Shown here piece by piece: positions 1-12,400 of a DNA stretch of 64,000 nt. Both the position numbers and the translations under genes were made by a program. Under the pieces are notes generated by a model, which had not been told where the DNA came from, searched no databases, and saw only the letters and a program-made list of their open reading frames with translations. Where the stretch lies: contig NC_086109.1 in NCBI RefSeq assembly GCF_963921235.1, forward strand, positions 24,802,001 to 24,866,000, written 5' to 3'. Source of the DNA: Mobula hypostoma. Its lineage: Eukaryota. Each line of letters starts with the position of its first letter. Position 1 is the stretch's first letter.

Positions 1-985
1 GATGTGATATCTTTGTTTACGCAGGGCCTTCATTCGATTGATGCCTGGGTGATCACGGTGGAATTGTTTCAGTACTCTTGTTCGAAGAGTTCATAGAATC
101 ACCATTCTGTCACCAAACATTAGGCAGGAGTCCACAGTTGAGAGTGATGTATGACATCAATAAAAGCATACGACATCTTCCTCAACCATGACTGGCCACC
201 TGTCAAGGAAGTCTCTGGAGGTACGCTGAAGAAGAGGATCTACACCTGTTTCTGCTCTGAGCTTGTTGACCATGACCAGAAGACCTACAGCAGCATCCAA
301 TACAACTTGGAGGACTTCAGAATCCACTGAGATTTCAAAATTGTAAGATAATAACTTTCTTGCCCACCTTTGTAGACAGTTACCTATATACACCAAGGTG
401 CCTTTCTTAGACCCGAAGATGTTCAATAGTGGCTTGTGATCATTAAAAAGAGTGAAGCATCTGCAATGAAGTATTTGGTGGAATTTCTTCACAGTAAAGA
501 TGATTTCCAAGTCTTCCTTCTGCATTTGTCCATAGTTCCTTTCTGCTGTGGTCAGTGATCTAATTACATGCATAACGGTTAGTTCTGACCCTGTAGTTGG
601 ACTCATCTGTTATGACAACAATTTGCAACTCTGGGTTGAAATTCATCAAGAGACAGTGGGATGACAGAATATTCTTCACCCGATCAAAAGCTTCTTGGCA
701 TTGCTTGGGCTATTTCTACATAGCATCCTTATTGACATTGAGTGAGTCCTTCAACCAGTGCATTGCTGGGAGAAACATTGAATAATGACTGATCATGCCC
801 AAAAATGGTTGTAAAATGCTTACATCTGATGGTGGAGCATCTTTAAGATAGCAGTGATGTCTCTGAGATCTGGATGATGATTCATCAATGATGAATCCCA
901 TCTTTGTTGCAAATTTGGTGTTTTTCACCCTCCTATAATGATTGATGAGACCTGAAGCCAGGAGCCAGACAGAGCCATTTCTCAA
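1..985 (-). mobile_element. Degenerate Ty3/Gypsy pol fragment (RT end, RNase H, start of integrase zinc-binding region)
   Basis: ORF 157..606 has RNase H motifs 'RSLTTAERNYGQMQKEDLEIIFTVKKFH', 'DHKPLLNIF' and 'LQRWA'. ORF 716..985 has 'FLGMISHY'. Reverse of 1-130 reads 'RVLKQFHRDHPGINRMKAL'. Runs off the window edge. Confidence 0.9.
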
Positions 986-1194
986 TACACTCCTTTATTC
1001 AATAAAACCACACAATTATAAAATCTCAAAATTAAAACTCACCTGTACATCCCAAAGCATGACTATTTAAATAGCTTACCCAAAGAACATTCAAGACTTT
1101 GACTGGAACAATGATTAATTAGTGAAAGTCAGCCTGGGATTGGTTGTCATTTGACCAATGGGCATTGGTCATTTTGGCTTACTGCAACAGAAAT

Positions 1195-2812
1195 CAAATC
1201 TTTAGCAAAAAGTGACACTGGATCAAAAGATGTAGAATCCTTTTGGGTAGAGTTACGAAGCTACAAGAGTTCCAGAAGTTCTGGAAAATCACAAATGTCA
1301 TTTCACTCTTTAAAAAGTTAGACCATCAAAAGACAAGAAATTATATGCCAGTTAGCTTGACATCAATGCTTTTCAAGATGTTAGAATACACTAGTAAGGA
1401 TGGAGCTTTGGCTTTTTTGGAGGCACACAACAAAATAAGCTGAAGTTAGCATGGTTTTCTTAAAGGGAGTTTTTATCTGATGAATCCGTTGGAATGCTTT
1501 GAGGAAATAACAGGCAGGATAGACAAAGCTTACTAAGATTTTCAGAAGGCATTCAACAAGGTGGCAGACAAGAGGCTGCTAAACAAGTAAGAGCCTATGA
1601 TATTACAAGAAAGATGCTAGTATGGACAGATAATTAGCTAACTGCAGGAGGCAAAGAATTGGAGTAAAAGGGGCCTTTTCTGCTTAGCTGCCAATGACTG
1701 GAGGTCAGTGTTGGGTCTGCCTCTTTTTCTGTTGGATGTAAATTATCTGGATGATGAAATTGATGGATTTGTTGCTAAGTTTGTGGTTGATACAAAATGG
1801 GACAGGTTTGTGGAGGGACAGGTACTGTTGAGGAAGTAGGAAGTTTACAGAAGGACATGGGCAGATTAGGAGAATGGTCTAAAAGGTGGAAGATGGAATA
1901 TTGTGCAGGGAAGTTTATGGTCATGCATTTTGGTAGAAGGAATAAAGGCATATTTTATAAGTGGGGAGCAAATACAAAAATTGGAAATGGAAAGGAGCGT
2001 GAGTCCTAGTAAGAATTTCCTAAAGATGAACTTGCAGTTTGAGTTGGTAGTAGGAAGGCAAATGCAGTGTTAGCATTCATTTTGAGAGGATAAGAATATA
2101 AAAGCAAGGATATAATGCTTAGTAATACATACAAGATGCTGAAGGAACTCAGCAGGACAGGTCAGGCTGGAAATGAATAAACAGTCGATGTTTCAGGAAG
2201 AGGCCCTTCATCAGAAATGATGAAGGGTCTCGGCCTGCACATAATTCTAAGGCTTTATGGGGGATTGGTCGGACAACATTTGGGGTTTTGTGAGAAGTTT
2301 TGAACTTCATACCGAAGAAAAAATGTGCTGGTATTGCAGCAGGTCGAAAGGAGGTTTATGAAAAAAATCCCAGGAATGAAAACGTTATTGCATGAAGAGC
2401 ATTTGGTAGTTCTGGACTCGTACTCAGTAGAGTTTAGAAGACTGAGGGATGATCTCATTGGAACCTACCAATACCTAAAGCCCTAAATAGAAAGAATGTG
2501 GAGAGGATGTTTCTAATAGCTGGAGAGTCTAGGACCACAGTGCACAGCCTCAGAATAGAGGGACATCCCCTTAGAACAGAAATAGGATAAGTTTCTTTAA
2601 CCAGACGATAGTGAATTTGTGGAAGTCATTTGGGTATTTTTAAAGCAGAGGTTAATAGGTTCTTGACTAGTAAGGAAGTTAAAGATTATGGGGAGAAGAC
2701 AGGAGCATGGTATTGAGAGGAAAAGTAAAACAGCATGATAAAATATCTGATCAGACTTCATGGTCCAAATGACCAAATTCTCCTCCTATGTCTCCTAGTC
2801 TTATAGTCTAAT
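1195..2812 (+). mobile_element. Degenerate CR1 LINE ORF2 (internally deleted) with 3' end
   Basis: 'WKITNVISLFKK...NYMPVSLTS' and 'LQKDMGRLGEWSKRWKM...MVMHFGRRN'; CR1-type 3' tail TCCTATGTCTCCTAGTCTTATAGTCT; many stops. Confidence 0.9.
2122..2237. mobile_element. Penelope-derived short element with inverted hammerhead halves, inserted in CR1
   Basis: Family head ...ACAAGATGCTGAAGGAACTCAGCAGG. Minus strand 2182-2216 reads CTGATGA-agggcctcttcct-GAAA-ca-TC-gactg. An inverted partial copy TGATGAAGGGTCTCGGCCTG follows at 2218-2237. Confidence 0.8.
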
Positions 2813-2924
2813 GGCAAGTCAGACCCTGTCCAACTAGGTTGTGAACTTTGGTCTTTCTGAAAAAATATGTTCATATATGGATGAGACGGAACTATTCTTC
2901 AGGGCAGGCAGCAATGATTAAATT

Positions 2925-3635
2925 AAGGGTAAGGCACTGAGGAGTGTTGTAGAACAAAGGGATCTGGGAACATAAGTCCATAATTCATTGAAAGTGGCAT
3001 CACAGGGTCGTAAAGAAAACTTCTGGCACATAGGCCTTCATAAATCAATTTATTGAGTAGGGGCGTTGGGGTATTATTTTGAAGTTGTAGAAGACATTAT
3101 TGAGGCCTAATTTGGAGTATTGTGTGCAGTTTTGGTCACCTATCTACGGGAAAGTTGTAAACAAGGTTGAAAAAGTACAGAGAAAATTTACAAGGATGCT
3201 GCCTGGGCTGGTGGATCTGAGTTATAAGGAAAGATTGAATAGGTTGGGACAGTGTTTGAAAGAACATAGAAAATTGAGAGGAGATTTGATAGACATATAC
3301 ATAATATGAGGGGTATAGATGGGGTAAATGCAAGCAGGCTTTTTCCACTGAAGTTGGGTGGGACTATATCCAGAGGTCATAGGTTAAAGGTGAAAAGTTT
3401 AAGGGGAACATGATGGGAAACGTCTTCACTCAGAGGGTTGTGAGAGTGTGGAACGAGCTGCCAGCACAAGTGGTGCATTTGAGCTCAATTTTAATATTTA
3501 AGAGAAGTTTGGACAGGTACATGGAGGGCTATGGTCCCAGTGCAGATCGATGGGAGCAGGCAGTCTAAATGGTTTTGGAATGGACTAGATGGGCCAAAGA
3601 GCCAGTTTCTGTGCTGTACATCTCTATGACTCTAA
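2925..3635 (+). mobile_element. CR1 LINE 3' fragment
   Basis: ORF 3100..3309 'RPNLEYCVQFWSP...LSYKERLNRLG...RGDLI'; tail CTGTGCTGTACATCTCTATGACTCTA. Confidence 0.92.
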
Positions 3636-4039
3636 GGACAAAAGTACGTCAACTCAGAATAGTTTCATAAAATGGATAAGAATTTCATTCAGAGAATTGT
3701 GCCATTGTTAATGCAACTGTATGCACAAATGACAAAAGCAAAGGTCAGACTTCTAACACTATGCTCTTTCTACAAGTAGGCAGTGATAAGTGGGACAATG
3801 GAATGGTTAATTTCATCAGATTACAAAGGGTGGAAATTCACGTGGGGCAAGTAGGCATCATTAAGCTGCACATTGTGAAAGCTGCACTTGTAAGTTTTGT
3901 TTAGTAGCCTGGAATAGCAAGGGTGGAGAACAAAGTGGCAAACAATTATACAGTTTCCTCGTTACTATTCTCAGCTACCAAAGCCACCATTCCATCTATA
4001 ATAATGGCCCTATTGACCATTGCAGTGTATTCACTTAGA

Positions 4040-4340
4040 CAGCTATTAGAAAGGTGTAGACGATTGATGTTGGTGGACAACCAATCAGAATGGATTGAGG
4101 AAAAGTTTGTGTAGCTTTCCACTACCATTGAACGTACAGTAAATAGATTCAGATAATTTGTTGCGACTCATGGACTGCTTGAGAAAATTGCCTTCCACAA
4201 TGATCTTCAGTGTTAAATTTCAACAGGTTCTGAAAACGATGTGAAATCAAACATTGTTTCGAGTCTTCATCTCACTGAGTCTCCAGCAGAGAAGCTAAGA
4301 AACAATTTGTGCAGTGTAACGAGCACTAAAGAAGCAAGAT
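4040..4340 (+). mobile_element. Old Gypsy integrase relic; C-terminal part probably continues at about 5575-5760 after later insertions
   Basis: Manual translation 'LMLVDNQSEWIE...STTIERTVNRFR*FVATHGLLEKIAFHND' resembles the rve core pattern 'VDxxSKWIE...LFATHGLPExIVSDNG'. 5588-5620 'RLLKIHLNLI' resembles the 'RLRTRLDLL' segment. Confidence 0.6.
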
Positions 4341-4434
4341 GTGCAAGGTAGATCAGGTAATACTGTGATCAGGTAATACTGCAGATTTCTTTTGATCTGT
4401 GGTTCAAGGCAGTACTCCAGGACAGAATGCATCA

Positions 4435-4562
4435 TCAATACCCTGTCCTGGTCCAACCACATCGATGTCACAATTGAGAAACCTCACCATCACCTCCACT
4501 TCCTCAGGAGGCCAAAGAAATTTGGCATGTTTCCATTGATCCTTACCAATTTTTATTGATGT
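4435..4562 (+). mobile_element. Rex1/Babar-type LINE RT fragment
   Basis: Reads 'LSWSNHIDVTIEKPHHHLHFLRRPKKFGM', matching the same motif in the longer copy near 12300-12400. Confidence 0.7.
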
Positions 4563-4567
4563 ATTAA

Positions 4568-4849
4568 AGAGGTCCGTTAGTCTCATGAGACCATGGATTT
4601 GCACCTTGGAAGGTTTGCAGGGTGCAGGCCTGGGCAATGTTGTTTGGAAGACCTGCAGTTGCCCATGCTGCAAGTCTCCCCTCTCCACGCCACCAATGTT
4701 GTCCAAGGGAAGGGCATTAGGACCCATACAGCTTGACGCCAGTGTCGTCGCAGAGCAATGTGTGGTTAAGTGCCTTGCTCAAGGACACACACGCTGCTTC
4801 AGCCAAGGCTCGAACTAGTGACCTTCAAATCACTAGACGAACACCTTAA
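4568..4849 (-). mobile_element. tRNA-headed SINE with CORE-like centre (left arm of inverted pair)
   Basis: Reverse complement of 4850-5152 over about 280 bp; lacks the first ~17 nt of the head. Confidence 0.85.
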
Positions 4850-5160
4850 GGCATGTGGCCAAGTGGTTAAGGCGTTCGTCTTGTGATCTGAAGGTCGCTA
4901 GTTCAGGCCTTGGCTGAGGCAGCGTGTTGTGTCCTTGAGCAAGGCACTTAACCACACATTGCTCTGCGACCACACCGGTGCCAAACTGTATGGGTCCTAA
5001 TGCCCTTCCCTTGGACAACATCAGTGGCATATAGAGGGGAGACTTGCAGCGTGGGCAACTGCCTGTCATCCATACAACCTTGCCCAGGCCTGCGCCCTGG
5101 AAACGTTCCAAGGCGCAAATCGATGGTCTCACGAGACTAACGGATGCCTATAAAAAAAAT
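4850..5160 (+). mobile_element. tRNA-headed SINE with CORE-like centre (right arm of inverted pair)
   Basis: A box TGGCCAAGTGGTTAAGG, B-box-like GCTAGTTCAGGCC, CORE-like GTGTCCTTGAGCAAGGCACTTAACC, A-rich end. Confidence 0.85.
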
Positions 5161-5284
5161 TCCTGGATAGAAGTATTATTGTTTAGAAAAGAACCTATCT
5201 CGCTCAGTCCAACAACTGCTCTGCAAATGACCCTGGATATTCTTTCTTCTCTCCTCTTTCATTGGGCAGATGATACAACAATCT

Positions 5285-5565
5285 GAAAGCACATACAACT
5301 AGGCTCAAGGATAGCTTCTACACTCTTGTCATGATTAATAAATAGTCCCCGGTACAATAAATTGGACTCCTTACCTCAGATTTTAACCCATTGTGGTTTT
5401 GTATTTTATTAGTAGCTGTTATCCGTAGCTTTAACACTTTATTCTGCATAGTTATTTTACCTTTTTCTGTCTCTATAATGATCTGATCCATATCAACATT
5501 TTGAAAAACAAGCTTTTCACTGTAACTCGGTACATGTGACAATAATAACTCAATTCTAATTCTAT
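5285..5565 (+). mobile_element. Rex1/Babar-type 3' end
   Basis: 'TTRLKDSFY' ORF end followed by the family tail GTGACAATAATAACTCAATTCTAATTCT; similar tail at 37130-37350. Confidence 0.65.
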
Positions 5566-6035
5566 TGCTGCAGAAATAATGATGCATAGATTACTCAAGA
5601 TACACCTGAATCTGATCTGGTTCAGAAGAGTCGAGCAGAGGGAAGAACAGGGACAGCCAAGACAAAATAAAACCTCACAATTCCCACTATGGATTACAAG
5701 ACAACATTTGCGCACAGAGACCTTCAAGCAAGTCAAAGATGAGAAAATGGATTATAAGTGAGATTATGGAGATTTACAGTTCCAAGAGTTATTGCGTAAG
5801 AGTCACAGAAAAGTTATTGTAAACTGAAATTGCTGAAGAAGATTTTTGGACCATAATAAGACTGAAGAGAGTCAAAAGTGAGGAGGGGGAAAAAGGATCA
5901 GCCATGATTGAATGGCGGAGCAGACTCGATGGGCCAAATGGCCTAATTCTGCTCCTATGTCTTATAGTCTTATGGTACTACTTTCAATGAGTTCAGAGGT
6001 GACTGCTAAATTAGCAACATCTGTAAAATTTCCAG

Positions 6036-6303
6036 AAATAACTCAAACAATAGCAGTACAAATTAGAAGATGGAGAAGTGAATTCAAAATCAGTTAGTCA
6101 ATAAAATTGATAAGTTTGGAAATGCACGTGATTAAATGGTGAAATGTACTGTACGTGTAAATAGCCACATTAATGGAAATAGTTTCCTAAAGTAATAAAG
6201 AATGTCAGCCAGTCAATAATATCAGTGGTAATGCTATATGTGCACAAAGAGCAGTAGCAAAAGTGGGAATTCCAATAATAATCCCTTTTAATAATCAGTA
6301 CTG
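6036..6303 (+). pseudogene. Decayed FN3-like exon
   Basis: Acceptor TTTCCAG at 6035; 'EITQTIAVQIRRWRSEFKIS*S' with TAG where the FN3 Trp (TGG) is expected; ends 'SLLIIST'; 268 bp, a one-domain FN3 exon size. Confidence 0.4.
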
Positions 6304-6937
6304 GAATAGATGGGATCACAGAGTATTTACACACAAATTCCTCTCAAGTAGAATCAGGCGGAGCTTTACTTGGAGCAACCATACCCTTTAAAGGGGAAAA
6401 GCAGTGTTATATGTGCAAATATGTGTGACATCAATGCACAATATATTTGTTCATTTTCTGTACATTCAGAGTCTGAGAGGAACCTTGAAGAGAGTAGACC
6501 AAATCTTTTGGAGCTCTCCATTTATCTTGCACATTATTCCACACTGCTTTGCTGCACTAGAGGCTGAGAATCCTCACAGAATCATACATTGCAGTAGCTA
6601 CACTTCAAAAATACTTCACTGGCTGTAAATGTTTCAGAGTGCACTGAGCTTGTGAGAAGACACAGAGAAGTGCTATGTGTTACCTTCTTGGACTCTTTGC
6701 CCCTTTAAGCTGACACTATATTCAGTTTCTCCTACAGGCACCATTTTGTAAGCTGACATTTAAGCCCCCCTTCACAGTGTCCACACAGATTGCTGAGTAT
6801 CCTGATCAAACCATTTAAGTTATGCTCTAACCCAACTGCACCATGTCCGATAGGAAACACTGATAGCAGGATGTAAAATCCTCAGCATCCAGGCGTTATT
6901 CCAAAACTGGAATGCTTTTCTTATATTCATTCATGGA

Positions 6938-7170
6938 ATTAGATTAGATTAGATTAGATTCAACTTTATTGTCATTGTGCCGAGTACAGATACAAAGCCA
7001 ATGAAATGCATTTAGTATCTGCCCAGAAATGCAAAGAATAGTGTTATTTACAAAATAACCCTGAATAAAAAAAAGTGCTACAGCACATAAATATAAAAGT
7101 ACTGAGACAGTACAGTATAGATGCAATACTGCTTAGCGCTGTGATGAGAGGTTCAGCAGTGTCACAGCTG
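6938..7170 (-). mobile_element. Rex1/Babar 3' end with (AGATT)n tail
   Basis: Near-identical to 42328-42560. Confidence 0.85.
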
Positions 7171-7649
7171 TGGGCTTTATAGGCAGAGTTTGCTCTTAAT
7201 GCCAGCAGCTGCTTTGTGATAAGCTGCCTTCTTGAATCAGCGCAGTCCTTGAGGTGTGGGTATATCTGCAAAGAAGAGAATTCCAGGATTTTGACCCCAA
7301 CAATGGAGAAGGAACGGTGATAGATTTCAAAGTCAGTATGGTGTGTACCGTGGAGGGCAACTTCCTGTTGGTGTCATCCCTATGTTTTGCCTCTCCTTGC
7401 CTTCCAGCTGATAGAAACTGTGGGTTTGAACAATACTGTCGAAGGAGTCTGCACCCCATTACTTTTGAGGAAAGTCTTTTTAAACATGGTAATTGTTAAA
7501 TCTTACAAGACTGCTTGTGGGATCTTGCAACTCCTCCAAATTAAACACCTAACTTGCATTGTATCTCTCAGCTGGATTTTGTCACTCAATGTTCTTGCCT
7601 TTCAAAGTGTTAGTTAGAGGCAGCCTGGGGCAGGAGTCATGTGCTGTAG

Positions 7650-8165
7650 TCCTCGAAGCAGCAATGTCAGTGGAACAGAACATTGTGGGATTACACTGGG
7701 GGAGCCTGATCCCCAAACTGTTTCAAAATATGAAGCACGTGAACAAGGAACTACTGAGTGACAAATGTGTGTGTAGCTATCACTGTCAAATGTGCTTACT
7801 ATTTGGTGGCTATTCAATACAATGGAGAAATGGTTTAATAAAAAGTTTCTTTCAAGTTCACTTTATTGCTACAACATGAGGAGTGACACTTTTCCTTCTA
7901 TAATTAGGTTTCTGGTGATGATGTACATGTCCTCATTTCTAACTATGTATAAATATTATTGCATTTCATCCAAACAAATGATTTTCATAGTGCGGATGCC
8001 AATTGTCTGTTGTTCGTTTTCATATGTGGTTTTGTCTCTTGGTCCAACAGACAGATTTTATTTTTAAGATCGTTTTCCCCAGTGCTTTCAGCTGCTCAGA
8101 AGTGAGGCTTTTCAGAATTTTATGGTTCTGGTGCTGACATAGCAGAGAGTTGACTTCAGTGCCCT
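7650..8165 (+). pseudogene. Decayed FN3-like segments
   Basis: 'AMSVEQNIVGLHWGS' (7661-7705, strand A/B pattern) and 'EAFQNFMVLVLT*QRVDFS' (8104-8160, resembles LxPFTxYxVxVxAxNxVGxS). Confidence 0.35.
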
Positions 8166-8924
8166 ACTAAAAGGCCTGGAAGAGCTTAGTTCAAATTCAA
8201 TTGTTCTATCTCAGTTGGAATGGAACAGTTCAAGAAAGTTCAGCAACAGTACCCTCTCAAAGGGGATCTTGGGATGGGTCATAAGTTCCAGTTTTTTAAT
8301 GGTGTCTTTGATTGGACTCCACAGTTCACATTATAACGTGTTTCTGGTGGCTCCTTTTCCTGTTGCTATTTTTGGCAATTTTGATTGGGGCAACCTGCAG
8401 GTAACGACCTAAGCTGAACTGAATTAGGACTTCAGATTTTGCGCTTTATATTTTGTGTTTATCAGCTTTTTTTGTTGTCATTTGTGCAATTTTTTTTGCG
8501 CATGGAACTGGGGGGTTGGTTTGATGTTTTTCTTTGAAAGGGTTCCACAGTATTCTTTGTTTCGTGACTGTCTGTGGGGAAGACTAATCTCAGGTTTGTA
8601 CACTGCATTGACACTTTGAGAACAAACGTACCTTGAATCTTTGAATGTGTATATCATAAGTTATGAACCCAATCCTCTCCTGTGACATAATACAAACTGG
8701 AAAAGAATAACCATTGTAAAATAAGATGTGGGCTTGGCTCTGTGGTGACCATACAGACCAAAGATGACCTGGAAATATTTTTGCCCGTCGCTGGCAAACA
8801 TTATCTTAACCATAAGAATTATGTATTAACTGAGAGAGGAAATTTTATCCTTGGCCCAGGATATTCCTGGAAAAAAGAGAATCTGCACCAAAATGTTTCA
8901 CTGGAACGTTTCTAATTAAGTTCA

Positions 8925-9212
8925 ATCCAGGATCAGTTCTGACCGCCAGTGTTGTCTGCGAGGAGTTTGTGTGTGTGCCCTGGAACTGCATGGGTTGCCT
9001 CCAGGTACATGGTTTCATTGCACATCCCAGTAATGTGTGGTCTGGTAGGTTTATTGGCCACTGTACATTGCCCCAGATGTGTAATAAGTGAAAGAGAGTT
9101 GATGGGAATGGGTAAACATAGGATTAATGTAAAAATGGGTGCTTGATTGTCAGCATGGACTTGATGGGCTGAATAGCCTGCTTCAGTGCTGTATTTCTCT
9201 ATGACTCTGATT
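8925..9212 (+). mobile_element. V-SINE (HE1-like)
   Basis: B-box-like GTTCAATCC, V-domain-like TGCATGGGTTGCCTCCAGGTACATGGTTTC, CR1-type tail CTGTATTTCTCTATGACTCT. Confidence 0.65.
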
Positions 9213-9301
9213 TGAGTTACACAGTATCTACCAGCATTTATTGCTCATCGTCAAAGATTAATAGATTAAAATAACATGTCAATAAATTTGATCTACAACA
9301 G

Positions 9302-9546
9302 ACCAACTGGATGTATTTTGATACACAATTTTGTCGAGGAACTCAATCTAAACATACGACTAACTAATAAGCATGCCAAAACTTAAAGCCAAACATTTGC
9401 ATTTATGTGGAGAAGACAATTTATAAAACTGCCCAGTGTGCTGTGTCAACCATTAGAACAAGACATCAGTTCTAAACCTTAACATACTGTTAATTTTGCT
9501 TATGCAATGGTCTTCGTGTCTGTCTGGCTGAGTGCTAACAGAACAG
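9302..9546 (+). pseudogene. Decayed FN3-like exon with intact phase-1 donor
   Basis: Acceptor CTACAACAG at 9301; ends 'KP*HTVNFAYAMVFVSVWLSANRT' then CAG|GTAAGT at 9546/9547, phase 1 as typical for FN3 exons. Confidence 0.4.
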
Positions 9547-9729
9547 GTAAGTTGGAATGGCAGACACTTCATTTTCTCAGTATATTTACGACAAAATTTA
9601 ACTTTAGTCCCAACTATGTGAATTTGTTTGAATTAACTCTGTTTTCTTTTGCTGTCATCACCTTGTGCGTTGACAGGACCTTCCATTAAAATGCACTGTT
9701 ACAGTAAAATTGAACTGAAAGAGGAAAGG

Positions 9730-9860
9730 AGGCACAAGGGAGTACTGATGCTGGAATCTGGAACAAAAGAAAAGAAACTACTGGAGGAAGGCAGCATATG
9801 TAGAGGCAAAGGGATAGATGACATTTCAGGTTGGGACCCTGCATCAGGTCTGAGAGTGTA
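9730..9860 (-). mobile_element. Old Penelope-derived element with mutated hammerhead core
   Basis: Minus strand 9817-9850: gac-CTGATGC-agggtcccaacct-GAAA-tg-TC-atc. Confidence 0.6.
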
Positions 9861-10374
9861 AAGGGAGATAGCTGGTATAATAACATGTTCGAGAGTGGTG
9901 AGACAGCTGCATTCATGCCTCTGCCATTCTTGGCCCTGTGTGGCTAAACTTTATTTGACTGAAATCCTCAAGTCTTATAGAGAAGGGAATGTGGAAACAA
10001 CCAAACAGAACATAACTAGAGAAAGAAACGGATCAGCGTGTGGAGAAATAAAATAATCTGGTGAAAAATGTTGGAGGAGAAAGGAAAGTGAGGAGGTGTC
10101 CAGATCTCGAGGACCGCACGAGCAATCAGACACAAGAGACTGCAGTTGCTGGACCAAGCTGCTGGTAGAACTCGTAGGGTCAGGCTGAATCTGTAAAGGG
10201 AAATGGGCAGTTGTTGTTTGAGTCCCTTCATCTGCAATGATTGAGGAGAAGGGAAATAGCCAGTATAAAGACATGTGGAGGAAGGTTGAGGTAAGAGCTG
10301 GCAAGCACTGTGGATCTAAGTAAAGAGGAATAGAAAAGCAAAGAAGAACTGAGTTTATTAATTTATTCATTTAT

Positions 10375-10660
10375 TTATTTAGAGATACAGCACAGATAGG
10401 CCCTTTTGTCCCTTCAAGCCACCAGCAACCCATTGATTTAACCCTAGTCTAATTACAGGACAATTTACAATCACCAATTAACCTACTAACCAGTACATCT
10501 TTGGACTGCAGGAGGAAACCAGGGCACTTTGAGGAAACCCATGCATTCCACAAGAAGGACATACAAGCTCCTTACAAGGGACGCCGGAACTGAACTCCAA
10601 ACTCTGATGATCCGAGCAGTAATAGCGTTGCGCTAACCACGATGCTACCATGGTGTTGAG
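10375..10660 (-). mobile_element. V-SINE (HE1-like), near full length
   Basis: Reverse strand: tRNA-like head GGTAGCATCGTGGTTAGCGC...GGAGTTCAGTTCC, V domain TGCATGGGTTTCCTC...GGTTTCCTCCTGCAGTCCAAAGA, (TAAA)n tail. Confidence 0.8.
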
Positions 10661-10859
10661 TTACGTTAAATAACATTTCATTTTTTACCTAGCTCCCTTT
10701 CAAGTGAACAAAGTACATTAAAGCTTATTGCCACAGATTGAACCACCCCAGATGATCAGATCAGTCTCTTGAAATATTTCCTGTGTGCTAGTTTAGGATT
10801 TGCCCAATTCCTATGAGAGCTTGCTTCTTTTAAATACCACATGATTTATATAAAACCCA

Positions 10860-12400
10860 AACAGTCATTCCGTTGGAGACTTTGAATTGTGAAAGACAGG
10901 TGCAGATGTTCAACAAAGTTAAAGAGAGCTGAAAAAAGACAGGAATATTTTAAAGACAATACCGGTCCAAAATAGAGTCTCAGGACAGTAGTCAGTTGTG
11001 GTAGGGCTGATGCTATAATGGGCTAGGAAACAAAATCACTGACAACGGCACACCACTTCCGATCAGCTGAATGCATTCTGTGTATACTTTGAGCAGAAGA
11101 GGTTTGGTATGTCACCACCTACCCCGACAGGCGCCGAAGCACCTGAACCCACAGTCGCCTTTGTGGATGTAAGTTCAGTCTTCCAGAGAGTGAGCGCACG
11201 GAAGCTTCTGGCCCAGATGGTGTCCCTGGTCGTGTCCTTAGATCCCATGCCAATCAGCTGGCTGGAGGATTTGCAGACATTTTAAACCTCTCCCTGCTTC
11301 AATCTGTGGTTCCCACCTGTTTTAAGAAGACCACTCTCACATTGGTACCTGAGGTAATGTGTCTTATTGAATGCCATCCAGTGGCTCTGACATGCACTGT
11401 CATGCACTGTCATGTAGAGCTTTGAAAGGTTGGCCACGGGATGAACTAACTCCAGCCTCCCACACAACCTCGGTCCACAGCAATTCACATACCACTGAAA
11501 CGAATATGCAGAGGATGCCATCTCCCTAGCCCTACCGTCATGTATGGAGCATCTGATCAGTAAAAATACTGTTGTTAGAACATTAGTTATTGTCTACAGC
11601 CCTGCCTTCAATACCATGTTTCTAAGCAATCTCGTCAGAAAACTCTGAGTCGTAAGAGTCAACACTTCCCTCTGTAACTGGATCCGACACTTCCTGACTA
11701 GCAGACCACAACCAGTAAGGACAGACAGAAACACCCCAACTATGATTATCCTCTAGCCGGTGGTGTAGTGGTATCCTCACCGGACTTCAAGGCAAGCGGT
11801 CCCGGTTTCGAATCCGGCCTGTTCCTTGCAACACTTTCAATCTGCGCTAGGTTGAGTGTCAAACTGCCATTTTGGCCTCTTAAAAAAAAACAGACAAAAA
11901 AAATGATAAAGAAACGGCAAGATTGCCACCCGATGCACCACAGGGCACGGAAACATACAACAATGATTATTCTCAAAACTGGTGCTTCATAAAGATGCTT
12001 CCTCAGCCCGCTCATCTAATCCCTGTACACTGTGTGGCCTGATTCTGGTCTGACTCCATTTACAAGTTTGCAGATGATACCTCCATAGTGGGCCATATCT
12101 CAAATAATGATTAGTCACAGGAGGAAAAAAATAGTGAGCGTAGTTGTATGGTGTCATGGCAACAATCTTTCCCTCAATGTCAGCAAAGGAAAAGAGCTGG
12201 TTATTGATTTCAGGGAAGGGGCCAGTGCACTTGCTCCTGTTGACATTAATAATGCAGAGGTCAAGAGGGTTGAGAAGTTCAAGCTCCTAGGAGCAAACAT
12301 CACCATAGCCTGTCCTGGTCCAACTACGTCAATGTTACAGCCGAGAAGGCTTACCAACTTACCTCTTTCCAAAGGAGGTTAAAGACATTCGGCGTGTCAT
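10860..12400 (+). mobile_element. Degenerate Rex1/Babar LINE RT region
   Basis: 'QLAGGFADIFNLSL...VPTCFK', 'KFADDT' at ~12063-12080, 'WCHGNNLSLNVSKGKELVIDFR'. Confidence 0.88.
11754..11957 (+). mobile_element. tRNA-derived SINE inserted in the Rex1 element
   Basis: A box TGGTGTAGTGG, B-box-like GGTTTCGAATCC; flanking duplication CAACTATGATTATCCTC (11737-11753) / CAACAATGATTATTCTC (11958-11974). Confidence 0.8.

Noticed and set aside
6738..6747. Possible 10-nt micro-exon (CCTACAG|GCACCATTTT|GTAAGC)
   Set aside because: Not a multiple of three, no supporting context, and expected by chance in 64 kb.
8215..8400. Exon-like ORF with AG/GT boundaries
   Set aside because: The 3' half and donor run into an interspersed repeat (~8300-8645); no family motif in the peptide.
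11754..11830. tRNA gene candidates (also 4850 and 60400)
   Set aside because: A/B boxes continue into SINE bodies, two of them with TSDs; no complete cloverleaf seen.
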